Origin: Lama guanicoe
Taxonomy: Eukaryota
Reading direction: 5' to 3'
Length of the DNA: 64,000 nt
NCBI GenBank assembly: GCA_013239625.1
Contig: MU053934.1
Location: 11,013,003-11,077,002 of the forward strand
The translations under genes were made by a program, and so were the position numbers. Of this stretch, positions 45,906-58,865 are shown in pieces (within the stretch, counting starts at the first letter, position 1; each line of letters begins with the position of its first letter). The notes beneath the pieces were generated by a model. It was not told the origin of the DNA. It did not search any database and was given only the letters and a program-made list of their open reading frames with translations.

Positions 45906-47444
45906 GTGACTCTGCCAGCTGCGCCCCAGGGCTTCTCTTTCCCCAGGACTCATTGCTCCATGACTCAGTTGACAAAGAGCCAGTAGCAGGGCCGAGTCCG
46001 GTGTGGACACAGCAGGGGCTGTGGTGCCCGACCGAGGTCACTGCAGAGCCACCAGAGTGCCCAGTTAGTGGGTGGGGGGAAGAGAGCTGAGAGCCGGCCC
46101 ACAGGTCACCCGGGGGCCGTGCCTGCTGCAGACACAGCACCGGCCCTCGGGGGGGGGTCCCGCAGCCCCCAGACCCACACCCTGGGGCCCAGCCCTGAGC
46201 CCCCGTTCTACCGAATGGGGTGCCCCCTTCCCTAGAGCCCACTCCCTCCACAGGCCACCTGGGTGTGTCCCTGCCAGCCTCGTCCCCCTCCTCACCGCCA
46301 CTTCCTCACTCCACCCCTCTTCTCCCTTCGCTGGGTCCCTGCCCTGCCTGGAGTCTGGCTGGGGCAGGGAGCTACCCAGCACGCGTGCGCACTGGTCCCC
46401 CAGCTCAGCCAGCAGCGTGGGCACGGCGCACGCAAGCCCTGCTGGCTGTCCGGCTGTCCGTGCCTCACCCCGTGGAGCCACCAGCAGGAGGCTTGGCATG
46501 GGAAGCATCCGCCTGTGCATCCAAACGGCCTGCCTAGTTGGAGCGGACGCGACGCCCGCCAGGCTGATGGAAATATGTTCTCTTTTCCGGTACCTCCATC
46601 CCCTGTGCCTGCGGCCGGCAGTGCCCAGCGCTCAGTGGGTTGTAGTTCATCGACTAATTGGCAGGAACAGACGGGCCGGGAATGGGGCTGCTGGAACCAG
46701 AGTCTGGTCCAGCCTCGGTGAATACCACCTTCTGCTCCCTTTGCCAAGCTCCGTGGAGCCGGGTGTTCTGGCAGATTCCACATTGTCAGTGCTCCCAGTC
46801 CACGTGTCTGAGACGGCTTTCCCAGAATGCACCCTGGGGCACGTGGTGGGACTGCTGCCCTTGAAAGGGGAGGCGGAGCAGGTGGCTCCGGGCATCAGGA
46901 AGGCAGACTGCTTGGGGTAGCGGGGAGGTGGTCGTGGGAGAGCCCTGACAGCCCTGGCGTGCCCCTCCTGCACCTTGGACATCAGGGGAGGCCAGCAATC
47001 AACCACTCGGTGGGTGACCAGGGCAGGCATGGCCCTGCAGAATTGGGTTTTGGGAAGGGTGGGCGTCCAAGGTTGCAGGCTGGCTTGCCCTTGGCTGGGA
47101 GCCTGGATCCAACTTGAATCGGATCACTGATGCTCCAAAGTGGGTTTCTGTGAGCAGTCGATCAGGCAGGGCAGGGAGGACTCCAGCCCTGCCAGCGGCA
47201 GGAGACAAAATCCCTCCATCTCTGGAGAGAGGGCTTGGATGGCTGGGCAGCCAGCCCCTCGCCCGGGACCTTGCTGTGCTGCGGCTCCAGGGCTGACATG
47301 GGCGTCCCCGGCTCAGGGCCGCTCAGAGAGGCTTCGGAAGGCACCGGGGGCCTCTCCGCTCCACGCCGGGCCTCGTGGCCAGTGGCTGGTGAGAACTGGA
47401 AAGGGGCCTGAGAGTGGGAGGGTGGTGAGCCTGCAGGAAAGACA

Positions 47445-47742
47445 GCAGATAAGATTCACATTTAAATCGGGTTTTCATAAAGCAGATGCCCTCCTGATGT
47501 GGGTGGGCCTCGTCCGGTCCATTGAAGGTCTGAATAGGACAAAGACTGACGCCCCCAAGCGGGACGGAATGCAGCCAGCAGGCTGGCTGGGGACCCCACC
47601 GGTAGCATCAGCCCCTCCCCAGGCCCTCCTCCTGCCGGCCCGGCCTCCCTGAAGGCTCTCGGCTCGCCAGCCTCTGTGATGGCACGAGCCGACTCCTTAC
47701 AATAAATACTTCTGTGCGTGTCTGTGTGCGTGTGTGTGTGTG
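47445..47742 (+). mobile_element. MLT2 (ERVL) LTR fragment
   Basis: 'gattcacatttaaatc...taaagcagatgccctcctgatgtgggtgggcctcgtccggtccattgaaggtctgaataggacaaag...acaataaat' followed by (TG)n. Confidence 0.75.
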
Positions 47743-50439
47743 GGGGGCGGTTTCAGAGTCTGACCCCCACTGCCCAGGGGCGCGAGCCCCAGCAGGCCAG
47801 CTGGGCTTCAGCTGAGGTTCAGACGAGGGGAGGCCCCACGGAGGCTGCAGCTCGGTGGTGGCAGGTGCAGGACCTTCGTCAAGCAGACCCCGTTGGTCCC
47901 CAGCACCAGGACAGGGGCAGGCGGGCAGGGGCTGACCTGGATTGGGTTCGGGGGTGGGGACAGGGACACGCGCGCACCTGGGCCAGCGCGCCCTCCGCCG
48001 CTCCTCCGCTGGCAGGCCGCGCTGGGCCCCGAGGAGCTACTTAACCTCTCAGCATTTTCATTTCTTCCTCCATCAAGTGAGGCTACTTTGCAGCGAGATT
48101 GTCCTGAGGCTTGAAAGTGGTGGCGGAGCTGTGCTTAGGAAACTGTGAACTGCCCCCTCCGAATGTCAGACAATATTATTTCTGAATCAGTTTCAAGAGA
48201 TCACTTCAAGAGGAAGTATTGGAAAATTGATTTTTTTTCTCCCTTTGGCTTAACCGAATACCTCGATGTCACAGAGCTGCTGTCGTTCGCTTCGAGGACT
48301 GCCACAGGGTCCTCCGTGCCCGGAGGCCCACCAGGCCCAGCAGGTGGACTTTGTAGAGGACGGTGGGTGAGTGACAGTGAGCGGATGGCAGAGGGCGGAA
48401 GGCGCAGGGTGCCTTGGCCCCTCTGAGTCCCACCCCCTGACCCCCACTCTGTGCTCCGCTGAGTCCGGCACTTACTGCCCTGATCCCCATGCTCCTGGAT
48501 GCAGCTGCCTGCCCGGGGCCCCGCCAGCCTCTCCAAGACATGGGGGAGCTCTGTGGCACCATAGGACATTCCAGGCTGGAAGGGGCCTGCAGGTCAGCTA
48601 AGCCAGCCCCGTCTAGGCAAGAATCCTGCTCCCCGGCTTCCATGCCCACCTCCACCCAGGAGCCCAGGCCTCTCTGCCACTCTGGGTCCAGCCGAGCTGG
48701 GGGCAGCCAGTGAGTATTGGACTGAGGTGACCTGAGCAGCACACCCCAGCTTTCATGAGCCCTTGGCTGCTCCCCTGGACAGAGCGCCCTCTGCAGACCA
48801 CACCCACACGCACACCTGTATCTGCTGACACGGAAAAGACAGTTCAAGGCCTCCTTGCCTTCTTCTGGGCACCAGGCAGCCCCGGGCCCTGGCCCCAGTC
48901 CTCCTCCAGACCACAGGGAGCCCCTGTGTCCTCTCCCGGGGGTGCGGTCTCACTGCCCAGAGTGTGGCCTTCCCAGCCCTGTGCAGACCTCCAGCCAGTC
49001 TCCAGCCCCATCCCTGCTCCTCACGGCGTCCACCCTTCCTGCTGGAGGCCGGGATCAGCTGCCAGCCCTCCCCTCGGGCTCTAGCCCGGAGCCAGGGGTG
49101 GGTGGGGACCCCGAGGTGCACTTGGGATGTCCTTCACAATCACACCTCCTGGGAAGGGTCTCTGGCCCCCACAGTCACACGGAGTCTTCAGGCTGGTGGC
49201 TGCCCCCTGTGGGCTGCACACAGGGCCCTGCAGGAGGCCAGCTCCTCCGCACCAGGCTGGGGACCCTTTTCCACCTGGCCCCCATTGGGTCCCATTTCCT
49301 TAGGGTCCCCTGAGGTCATGGGCCAGGTGTTTCCCACGTAGCTGTTGTCACCCCATCAGCTGGACACACTGGCCCCAGACCTCGGAGAAGCCCCTCCCCT
49401 GGGGTTCACCTGTGCTCTCCTGTCAGGAGAGGGACACCTTGTCCAGGCCAGGACCCCACTCAGGCTGAGGAGGAGGGTGGAGGGGGCCTGGGTGCCTCCA
49501 CGCCCTCCTGCCTCTTTGGCCTGCCTGGCCGCAGCCGTGCGAGCGTCCTGGAGGTCCGAGCATCGGCCACTATGCCGCCCCCAGGCCTGGGTAGACCAGT
49601 GGTCAGCTCGGTGGCTGCATGCGGTGCGGCCTTGCCGGCATCCCTCTGGGCCACAGGGGCCACGGCAGCACCAGAGCTTCCCTGGAGCAGAGCCAGCCAC
49701 TGGCCTGCCGGGGACCGTGACCATCACCGGAGCCTGTGACCTGGGCCCCACACCAGTTCCCCACACCAGTGGCCTGGCAGGGAGGCCCAGGGAGAGCCCG
49801 GCCCTGGACCCAGGACAGCAGGTACACGTGTCCTGCCCAGCACCCCTGGGGCTGCCCAACCTGGGGTGCTTTCTGGAAGCTGGCAGAGTGGTGGGAGCTG
49901 GCAGGGGTGGGATACACCCCCGTGCCCTCCCTTCCCTGCCTGCGGATGGAGAAGCACGCCCTTGCAGGAGAGATGAGTGGACTCTGCCCTGGGGCCGGCG
50001 GGGTCTTGGACTGTGCAGAGCGGGGGCCTCTCCGGCTGTGCCCACCCCAGGGTCTGGGCAAGGCGGGAGGGAGCAGAACCCCGGGTGCCCCGGGTGCAGA
50101 AAGCAGAGGGCTGGGCCCTGGCCTCGGCGTCTCGTCACTGTGTTTATTGGCCTCTGGAAGCTCCAAGATGGGCGGACTCCTGGGCCCAGCTCACTCCTCT
50201 CCCAGTGACAAGGCCAGTATCGATTCGTTTTTAATGTGCTCGTAATGGGGCTTGAAATGAACACAGGGTTGTTATTTATTTTCCTTTTTGGTTCCCGGCA
50301 CCATCCATGGTGCTGGCAGGCTGGGGACCAGGGACAGGGAAGCCAAGGTGGATGGGCTCCAGCCACCACGGAGGCCGGGGGCCCCACCTGCCTCCACTCA
50401 CCCAGGGGCCAGGGCCGGACCCCGGACCCGGCGGGGCAG

Positions 50440-50662
50440 CTTGGCCCCTGCAGCCCTGCTGTTGGAAGGAGCCTGGGAAGGCGGTGTCTAGCGGGGACAG
50501 GGTTTCCACTGGGGCGACGAGAGTCCTGAAGGTGGGCGGTGCGACGGCCACACAGCAGTGCGAACGTGCTTAATGCCACTGAGCTGCGCACTTGAAAATG
50601 AGCCAGACGGCCAGCTTTATGTTTGTATATTTTACCACGATGAGAAAAGTGTTTAAAAAAAG
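50440..50662 (+). mobile_element. L1MB-type 3' terminal fragment
   Basis: 'gggacagggtttccactgggg...gtgcttaatgccactgagctgcgcacttgaaaatg...tttatgtttgtatattttaccacgat'. Confidence 0.7.
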
Positions 50663-50882
50663 CACCGCTGTTGACTTCCTGGTGCCCTGGCTGCCCTCAC
50701 TCTGGGAGCCCTCCCCAGACCCCTGAGCAAGTCCTGGCCTCGACACTGGCCTGTCCAGCAGGGGAGCACCCTGGCCCCCCTCTTCATCAGGGAGCTTCCA
50801 CCGTCCTCCCAAGGTCAGCTCCAATGTCCTCGCCTCCATCCGGCCCTCCTCACTCGCAGGAAGATCTAGGGAGACCACCCAG

Positions 50883-50916
50883 ACCACGAGTGACCGTGAG
50901 TGACCACGAGTGACCA
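50883..50916. repeat. 10-bp micro-tandem (gaccacgagt), about 3.5 copies
   Basis: gaccacgagt gaccgtgagt gaccacgagt gacc. Confidence 0.8.
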
Positions 50917-52899
50917 TGGGCCCATGACAGTAGCCCTAGGGGGTACCATGTCCCTGCCTGAGTCTTGAGAGGGGGGTGGCTTAGCAGAGCCTGGGACTGT
51001 CCCCGATCCCCCAGAACACCGAATTCCTGCTCCCCAAACCTGGAGCCCAGGCAGGTCTGGGGAGGGTGTCTGGAGGGGTGGTCAGCCTCCGGCCAGGCTG
51101 TGAGGCCACTGCAGGTGGTGGGACGACAGCGAACGAATCAGGCCGTCGGAGAACTGCCGAGCCCCCAGAAGGCCCCGTGGCTCCCAGGCACCCAGAGCCC
51201 GTGAACGTGCCGCACCCCCAATGAGACCTAAAGCCCGAGCCTGGGTCACCGGCAGTGGCCCCCTCGCTCCTCCCCCGGGGGTTCAGCCTGCAGACACGCT
51301 GACGCCAGCACGCTCCCTGGTAAACAAACATTGCTCCTCACAGTGACTTCTCACAGCTGGGCCACTTCAGGCCACGCAGCGGGGACAGGCTGTGCGTCTT
51401 GGAAAACCGTGAAGCCGCGGTCGGCTCCTTTCCTGGACCCCCGCACGGCCAGCTATACGGAAACGCAGGAAGTGATTTTCATAAATTCTTTATGCTATTT
51501 ACTCAGAGCCCGTGTTCATTAAACTGGCCGGCTTCCAAAGCCTCCTTGCAGATTCCTTTCTCAAAAAAGTAAGCTTCATGGCCCCAGCCCACCGTGAATT
51601 AAAAATGGGTCTTTGATACACTCAGCAGCTTCTGCTCCGTCCGTCAGCCTTCCTTACGTGAGGCGTGGAGACAGGCAGGTCCGTCAGCGGCCCGACGCAC
51701 ACTCAGTCTCTTCTGCAGCCGCAGGGGCTGAGCGAGCTCTCCAAGGGGCTCCCCTGTGTCGTCGTTAAGATATCATGGACTGTCTTTGGGATTCTTGCAA
51801 ACTGGGGTGAGAGGCCTTGGGAGAACTGCTTTTCTGCGAAAACAGCTTTCAAGTTCCCCAAGTCAGTCCATCCCCCTGACCTCACATTGGGTCTCACGGC
51901 ACCTTTGAAGATCTGCTGATGAATATACCGTCTTCCTCGGTCCCGAAACTGCGGCGCCGAGTGCAGGGGGTTGCCAGGTCCCAGGGCAGCCTGGGCAGCT
52001 CGAGGCCGGTCTCCTGACCCTCTGCCACTCCCGCGGGGATCAGCGGGCGCAGGGGGACCACCCCCTACCTGCTCGGGGCCGGTGTGACTCCACGTGGATG
52101 AGGCCGGGCCCTGAGGCTGGAGGGGCAGATCCCAAGCAAACCGCACAGAGACCCTGGGCAAGCCGCCGAGCCCCTCGGAGTCCTGGTGTGCGTCCTTGGG
52201 GACCTCCCGTCCCCACCCCCAGAGCACTCGGGGGCTGTGGGGAGACCAGGCGGGCGGGTGAGCTCTGTGGGCAGAGCCGGCTGAGGGAGGCGGGTGGTGC
52301 TGGGCCAGACCCGGGGGCTGCCCCCCCCCTGCAGGGGTGGGGCTCGGGGTGTGCGCAGGGGCAGGTGGTGAGGGGAGAAGTGTGGGTGTACTCCTCGTGT
52401 GCACCCCCATCCTACGAGGGCCCTTAAAGGTGAGCCAGGAGCACAGGAGCACGGCCCACAGTGCCCTGCAAGGAGCAGACGTCCTCCCCGCCCCTGGGCC
52501 AGCACACCGGGTCCACTCCCACCTGGACCTGGGCAGGGGCTGCGGGCACAGGACGTGCCCCCCACCCTGTGAAGCCCCCTGGTAGGGCCAGTGGACACTC
52601 AGGCGGGGGGTGTCCCAGGGCCAGGCCCCAGGTGCCCGTGCTCGTAAAAACAGAGCACCATTCTGCTGCATTTCTGCCCCCCGCCTTTTTCTCATTGGCC
52701 AATTTTATTCTGAGCTTCTAGGAACCTTATCTCCGGGGTGACCTTACGGTCACGGCCTGCTGCACCATTTGCCCAGACCCGTGGAAAATGCAGCATCTCG
52801 TGTCTCTTGTTCAAAAGGCTGGAAGCAAGTGCCGATGACAATCCTAAACCACAAAGCTTTTTCTCTAAAATATTTTATCACCTCTAGAGTGTAATAGGG

Positions 52900-53900
52900 A
52901 TGGAAGTAACATGTAAGTGACAGGAGAAACTCACAAATCACAAAACAGTAAATTTTGGGAGACACAACTTTACGTAAGATAATAAATCATGGCCCTTTGT
53001 TAATACGATGTCTTGACTGTGACCTTGACACAGGTTTTCTGACTGCGAATACATTCCTGAGGCCACCGAAACCTGTACTTTCAGCAACTTCATTTCTCAC
53101 CGATGTCGTTGACAACGATGCCAATTGTTTTGGCAGATGCAAGATTGCAAATTTTTTGATAATTTTTACCTCTGTGGAAGCTCTTTCTGTTAATGCAGCA
53201 GTTGCTGGAGTGTTTACAAATGTTTATAGGCTATGGTAACACTGGGATAAATCTTTGATAAATTAGTTTGAAATAGAAGTTTTAGTACATTTACAGGTGG
53301 TAATTCTTGTAGAACATTTTTTCTAAAAACATTGAAGGGGGAGGGTACAGCTCAGTGGTAGAGTGCATGCTTAGCATGCGCAAGGTCATGGGTTCGATTC
53401 CCAACATCACTGCTAAATAAAAAACTAGTAAATGAACCTAATTACCTTCCCCTGCAAACAAAAACAAAAAAATAATAAAAATAAAAAAATAAAAAGATTT
53501 AACTCTATACAAATCAGTACTGTATAATTCTAAAATTACACAAAATTTCAAATATAATCATATGTTATAATTTCAAATATAAATGTGTCCAGTGGCAATT
53601 TAGCGTTTGCTCTGTATCGCCGGTCGTCTGCGGCGTTGTACAGGAAACTGAAACTGGCTTCCCGATTTGCACGTAATTTAAACACCCATTTCTGTACTAA
53701 TGCTGTGTCTCAAATTAGAAGGAACATTTCAATTTTAAAACTGTGCTCCTTGCTAGTAACTGGGTCATCTGAACCTTCCTGGGTAAATAGTATTCGTTTC
53801 CATCAAATCAACGACTTTTAAATTTAAGGTCTATTTCTAAGCCTGTGGATGTTTGCTTTGCGCTGTTGTGGCGGTTGTCAAAATTGGAGAGTCTGAGCTC
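52900..53900 (-). mobile_element. hAT (Zaphod/Tip100-like) DNA transposon remnant with decayed transposase C-terminus
   Basis: Minus strand ~53270-53030 translates across a frameshift as SKIYPSVTIAYK../TPATAALTERASTEVKIIKK...LASLSTTSVRNEVAES, the hAT dimerisation-domain pattern (P.T.A.AERSFS.LK.IK..LRS). Confidence 0.7.
53336..53497 (+). mobile_element. tRNA-Ala-derived camelid SINE (vic-1 type), near full length
   Basis: ggggagggtacagctcagtggtagagtgcatgcttagcatgcgcaaggtcatgggttcgattccc (A and B boxes), then 'acctaattacc' and an A-rich tail. Confidence 0.85.
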
Positions 53901-55289
53901 TTTGAAGATCGGAACACCTTCTGGATGCGCTTTATTACAGTGGGCGCTGAATGCCACTTTGCAACGACTGCCTGCCAGGCTGGCGCTGCGCCCGGCGTCC
54001 CCCTCCTGCCGGGGGGCTCACACCTCGCAGGCAGGCTCCTGGGAGGGGAAAGGCCGTCTTTCTTTGCGGTCCTGCCTCCACGCAGCCGCCTTCGTCTTCT
54101 CCACGGCGGCGGTCAGCCCACCACTGCCGGTCCAGCTGCCTTGGGAGCCCAGGGAAGCCAGGCTGCCCCAGGGCACGTGTACGTGTGCACGTCGCACGCC
54201 AAGCCGGTTGCCCGGCACCCACGTGTGCCCGCAGGGCCGGCAGACCTGAGCCGCCTGTGTGCGCCCTGCTCTCCCTGCTGCTCACGCCCTGCTCCGCTGT
54301 CCTGATAAACTTCACTCACAAATTTACAGGTTCTGAGATAAAGCTATTGGGCATTCCCCATTCGCCCGGCTGGGGTCTGGGAACACCCATAGGAAGGTGT
54401 GTGACCCCCACCCCCTTAGAGCACAGGGTCCAGCAGGAGAGCCAAGAGGGACATGGGCACTGAGGGCACAGGTCCTGCAGAGGGATCGAACTCCGGGGGG
54501 CTGTCGGGGTGCTGGTTGCCCGTCACCTGAAACCCCGGGTCAGTGATGCCCCCGCTTTCCATCAGTGGAACACCTTCTCTATCTGAAAAGACAGAAACCC
54601 TCTGAGGGGCTGCAGAAGAGCCAGTTTACTGTTTGTTCTCAAAGACCAGCAAAACGATCCTTCTCTTCCTTGAAACAAAAGGATTTCTTTTATAAAATAT
54701 GCGAACGTCATTCTGAGGGTAAACGCCACTTTCGGCTTATTCCACACCTGGGTCCACACTATTACCCTCGTGGAGAAGGCGCAGAGCGTGGTGGACGCTG
54801 GGGCGTTGAGACCAACACCAGGGGACAACTTACATTTGAGCATCAGATTCCAGGGACCAGATGGAGACACCGGTCCCCACTCCTTCGCTTACAGAGCATT
54901 TGACCTGAGCAAGTGGCCTCGCACGACTGGACACCGTCTCCTCACTGAGGCAAGAGCTGCTTCCTCGAACCCCAGGGATGGACTGTGGCCACGTTCCGGA
55001 AACAACCATGACAGCAGCCACTAGCAGCTGAGTCTGTGGCGGGTGGCGGGCAGCAGCGAGGTTGACTTTCTGTAATAAGGCTGTAGGCTGGGCATCAGTG
55101 TCCCCTTTACACAGACAGGGTCACTGCCGCAAATCAGCCAAGCAACTGGCTCCAACTCCTGTGGCTGAACCGGGACCCCCCCGGAGGCTGAGTGCGGCCC
55201 CAGGGTCTGAGCTTTCTCCCACCGCATCAGACTTGAACACAGGGAGCAGCGTGGCTGGTGTGTGACGGGCCCCCCAACAGGGCTGGGTC

Positions 55290-55640
55290 CCGGGGTTCAG
55301 CCGCTAGGGCTGCCATGCAAGACAACCAGGCTAGACGGCGCAGCAACAAACGGAGTCCCTCCTGGGGAAGGGAGGCTGGGGGTCAGGGCTCACGGTGTCG
55401 GCAGGGTGCCTGGGGCCTCGCGCCCTGGCCACCATCTCGCCCTGTCCTCGCATGGTTGTCTCCCTGCGTCCACACCCCTGGTGCCTCTCCCGCTCACAAG
55501 GGCACGGCTCACCTTGGATTAATGCCTCACACCACTGGCCTCATTTTAAAGTCTTATCTCCAAATACGATTTGATTCTGAGGCACCGAGGTTTGGAATTT
55601 GGACACGTGAGTTTTGGGGGCATATGCCAGCCCATGGCAT
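55290..55640 (-). mobile_element. MLT1 (B-like) solo LTR
   Basis: 'gctagggctgccat...ttatctccaaatac...ttctgaggc...gagttttggggg...cccatggca' is the reverse complement of MLT1. Confidence 0.7.
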
Positions 55641-55644
55641 TCAC

Positions 55645-56047
55645 TGTCTGCGGAGCACTGAGAGGTGGTCCCCCAGAGACACGTCTGTGGCCTGACCTCC
55701 AGAGCCTGCGAACGTGACCTTGTCTGGAAAAAGGGCCGGTCCCTGCAGCTCTGCTTGGGTTAGCAACCATGAGAGGGTCCTGGATCGGGGGCCTGGCAGA
55801 GGACAAGCGTGCCGATGAGACACACAGAGGGAGTGGCCATGTGAAGACAGAGCCAGGGAGCAGGGTGACGCTGCCAGGAGCCCAGGAGCCCCCAGAGAGA
55901 CAAAGAAGGACCCTTTGCTTGAGGGCACACCGCCCTGCAGACACCCTGACGTGAGGCCGCTGGCCTCCAGGGCTGAGGCTGCGTGTCTGTTGCTTTAAGC
56001 CCCTGGTCTGTGGGCTCTTGATGCAGCAGCCTCAGGTCAACGCACCA
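55645..56047 (+). mobile_element. MLT1 (C/D-like) solo LTR
   Basis: 'gaacgtgaccttgtctggaaa...ggccatgtgaagacagag...ggcctccag...ctgttgctttaagcccctggtctgtgg...gcagcagcc'. Confidence 0.75.
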
Positions 56048-57189
56048 GCCTCCCCGACTCCCATGTCGGCTCAGGAAGGAAGCGAGGCCCCCAGCAGGGT
56101 GCACGGCAGCCTGAGTCCAGCGCGCTGGTGTTGACGGGGTGCCCATTTGAAGGGGGGCACGGCCTCTGCCCAGGGCCCGAAGCTGGCTGGCTGTGGCCCC
56201 CCTCGACAGCCCAGCCAGCGCGCCCCCGACGCTCCCGGCCGGAGTGAGCGCCCTCTCCCTTCCTGCGCGCGGTCTCGCCTGTGGCTCCCCGGGGTCTTGG
56301 CTGCGTCTTCATCGGCGCCGCTCATCTCGTTTCTCCCTAGAGATGAAGCAGCTGGGTTTCCCGAGCAGGACTTCGCGTTCAGCCGCCTCCGTGTAATTTT
56401 GCGGAACCCTTTCGTCCTGCTCCTGTGGGGTGACCGCGGTCAGGCTTGCTAGGACGGAGCACTTTGAGAAGAGAGATCTGATCTGACATCGGCACTGCGT
56501 CTGCCAGGGACTGGGGAGCAGACCTCCCCTTGGGCAGAAGCAGGCGAGGGCGGCGCGCCCTTGTCGGAACGAGTGCCCTGTCCCCAGGCGGAGTTCTAAA
56601 GAGACACTGAGTCCAGCTCCTCCGAGGTCCGAGGGGCTCAGCTGGGGGGCCCGGGGCCCGACTGTCCGGGCGCCGACAGTGCCTGTGTGTTCGGCTCCCT
56701 GTGAAGCGAAGCCAGTAAATGCTGTGGAAACAGCCTCTGTTTGAGAATCTTAGCTGTGAATCCCTAAGCAGAGCAGATAATGGCCTCTGTAATACCACTG
56801 CTTGAAGGGCCCGGTTTCCTATTTGGCTTTGACTTAAATGAAGACGACAGCTCTCAGCAGGGGCAGCGCGGGCCGTGCGTGGTGAGGAACCCGGCCGCCT
56901 GCGGTCTCCCCTCAGCGCCGGGGGCCCTGCGTCCCACCCCCGTCCCCTTCCTTCTCGCCCTCAATGAGCAAAAGATTCTCTTTTTCTTGCTCATCTCAAG
57001 GAAGTCAAGGCCAAGTGTTTACTGGGTCAAAAGTTAGTCTTGGTAACAGCCGTCTACACAGAGGCCCGTGTCTTGCCCTCCCAACCTCCGCTCCCCCATC
57101 TGGGAACTCTTTCACCCCTGCGGGCAGCCCTCCCCACACACAGCCTCCCTCCCTTCCAGCTCCAGCCCTCGGGGCCCGCGTGCAGCCGT

Positions 57190-57680
57190 GGCTCCCACAC
57201 CGGCCTCACCCAGACACACCCGGACCCGTGGCTCTTCTACCTGCTGCGGCCGCCCTTCTCCTTTTCTGGCTCAGAAACCATGAGACCTCTACCTGGACCT
57301 TGGAATTCAGTCACTGTAATATAGGACCCTCAACAGCTGTGCCCCCCCTCCCGCACAGCTGTGCCCCCTCCCCTCCCGCACAGCTGGCCAGTTCCCGGCT
57401 CCAGGGGAGCCTGCCCAGCTCGCTCCTGCAATGCCTCAAACCCGCTGCTCTCTCCTGAGCACATCACCCCTTCTGGAATGTCCTACCACCCCTTCTCCCT
57501 CGGCTGGCTCCTCAGCCTCATGTCTTGGCTTAAATACTGAACTCTCAAAAAAGCCTCTGTGATCACACACATGCGCTCAAGCATGCATACACACACACAC
57601 ACACATGTCCACGCATGTGATGGAACCAGCCCTCCACATCACTCCTTCCAGCATCATTGCCAGTTACAGTGCATCCATAC
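57190..57680 (+). mobile_element. L2-like fragment
   Basis: C-rich decayed L2 3' pattern ('ccttctggaatgtcctacc...ctggctcctcagcctcatgtcttggcttaaat'). Confidence 0.4.
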
Positions 57681-57759
57681 TTTTCGGGGCCACCTGATCT
57701 CTCGCCCCCAAAGCATCAGGCCCCATGGGGAGGGCCCAGCCCTGAAGCCAACTCACCCC

Positions 57760-58010
57760 CTCAAGGTTCTCAGCCCAGGTTCTGGAGGAACCAGGGGCTC
57801 CCCCGCGACACAGCCACATTGGACATACATCCTCCAGCCCCCTGGAGCCGTCAGATGACAGCAGCCCCTGCTGCTGCCTAAGGGACTCCAGGTGAGGGCT
57901 GCCCAGCCAGAGCCTTCAGGGTTCCTGGCTCACAGAGGCCACGAGAGAAGCCGACCACCGCTGTGGTTTTGAGCTGCGTGTGGAGAGGTTTGCTGCTCAG
58001 CACTGACCAG
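57760..58010 (+). mobile_element. MLT1-like LTR fragment
   Basis: 'cagatgacagcagcccc...tgcccagccagagcc...tcctggctcacagag...tgtggttttgagc'. Confidence 0.5.
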
Positions 58011-58439
58011 AAGGGCAGCCTAGCCCCTCCTTCCAACCCCCCAGGTGGGTCCCCTGGAGGGACAGCAACGAACCACCAGCAGGGGGATGAGCACCACCCG
58101 CGGCATCCTCAGCTCTTCAGTTCCTCTTCCCCTTTTGGAACGTTCCGCCAGCCGCTCTTCAGCCAGCGGGGACCACCGGGCCGTTCCTAGCACCATCTCC
58201 GCAAGCCCGCTCCCCAGGGCCAGCCCGCCGGGGCTGCTTGCGCTCAGTGGGGACTTTCTCCCAGAAGTCCCAGAGCGCTGCAGACGATTATCAAGCTAAA
58301 CCCAAAACCCAAGGCTGCCAAAAACTGAAAATGCACTCTGTGGCGGTCAGCTTCTGAGATGCCTTCCGTTGTGCCCCACCTCCTGGTGCTCGCGGAGCCC
58401 CTCCCAGGACTGTGCGCTGGGATGGCGACGTCCTTCTAA

Positions 58440-58865
58440 CCCAGAGGACATGACACAAGGGACCGGACGCCACTGCTGGGGTTTGGCTGTGGAGAGACTG
58501 TCTTCCATCCCGGGACCTTCTGTCTCCTCACTCCCGCGCCCTGAGCTGCCCCGAGCAGAGACCCACGTGGCAGGAGCTGAGGGAGGCCTTCCTTAGAAAA
58601 GCAGGAAGATCAGACGCCACCATCCCACAGCCCCAGGGAACTGAAGCCTGCCTTCAACTGCGTGAGGGAGCAGGGGAGCAGGTCCCGACCCAGTCCAGCC
58701 TTCGGATGAAACCACAGTCACCGCCAACGGCATGAGCAACTTCACCAGGAATCTTGAGCCTGGAGACCCAGCCCAGGTACCAGAACCGGTGCAGTAATGA
58801 AGCGTGTCGTCAAGCTGCTAAACCATGAGGTCATCCATCACCCAGCAGCAGACAGCTAAGTTACC
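58440..58865 (+). mobile_element. MLT1D/E-like LTR fragment
   Basis: 'cccacgtggcaggagctgagggaggcc...cccacagccccagggaactgaagcctgcc...cagcagcagacagctaa'. Confidence 0.55.

Noticed and set aside
53337..53412. tRNA-Ala(AGC) gene
   Set aside because: It has the SINE 5' leader, a mismatched acceptor stem, the SINE-specific 'acctaattacc' segment and an A-tail, so it is a tRNA-derived SINE.
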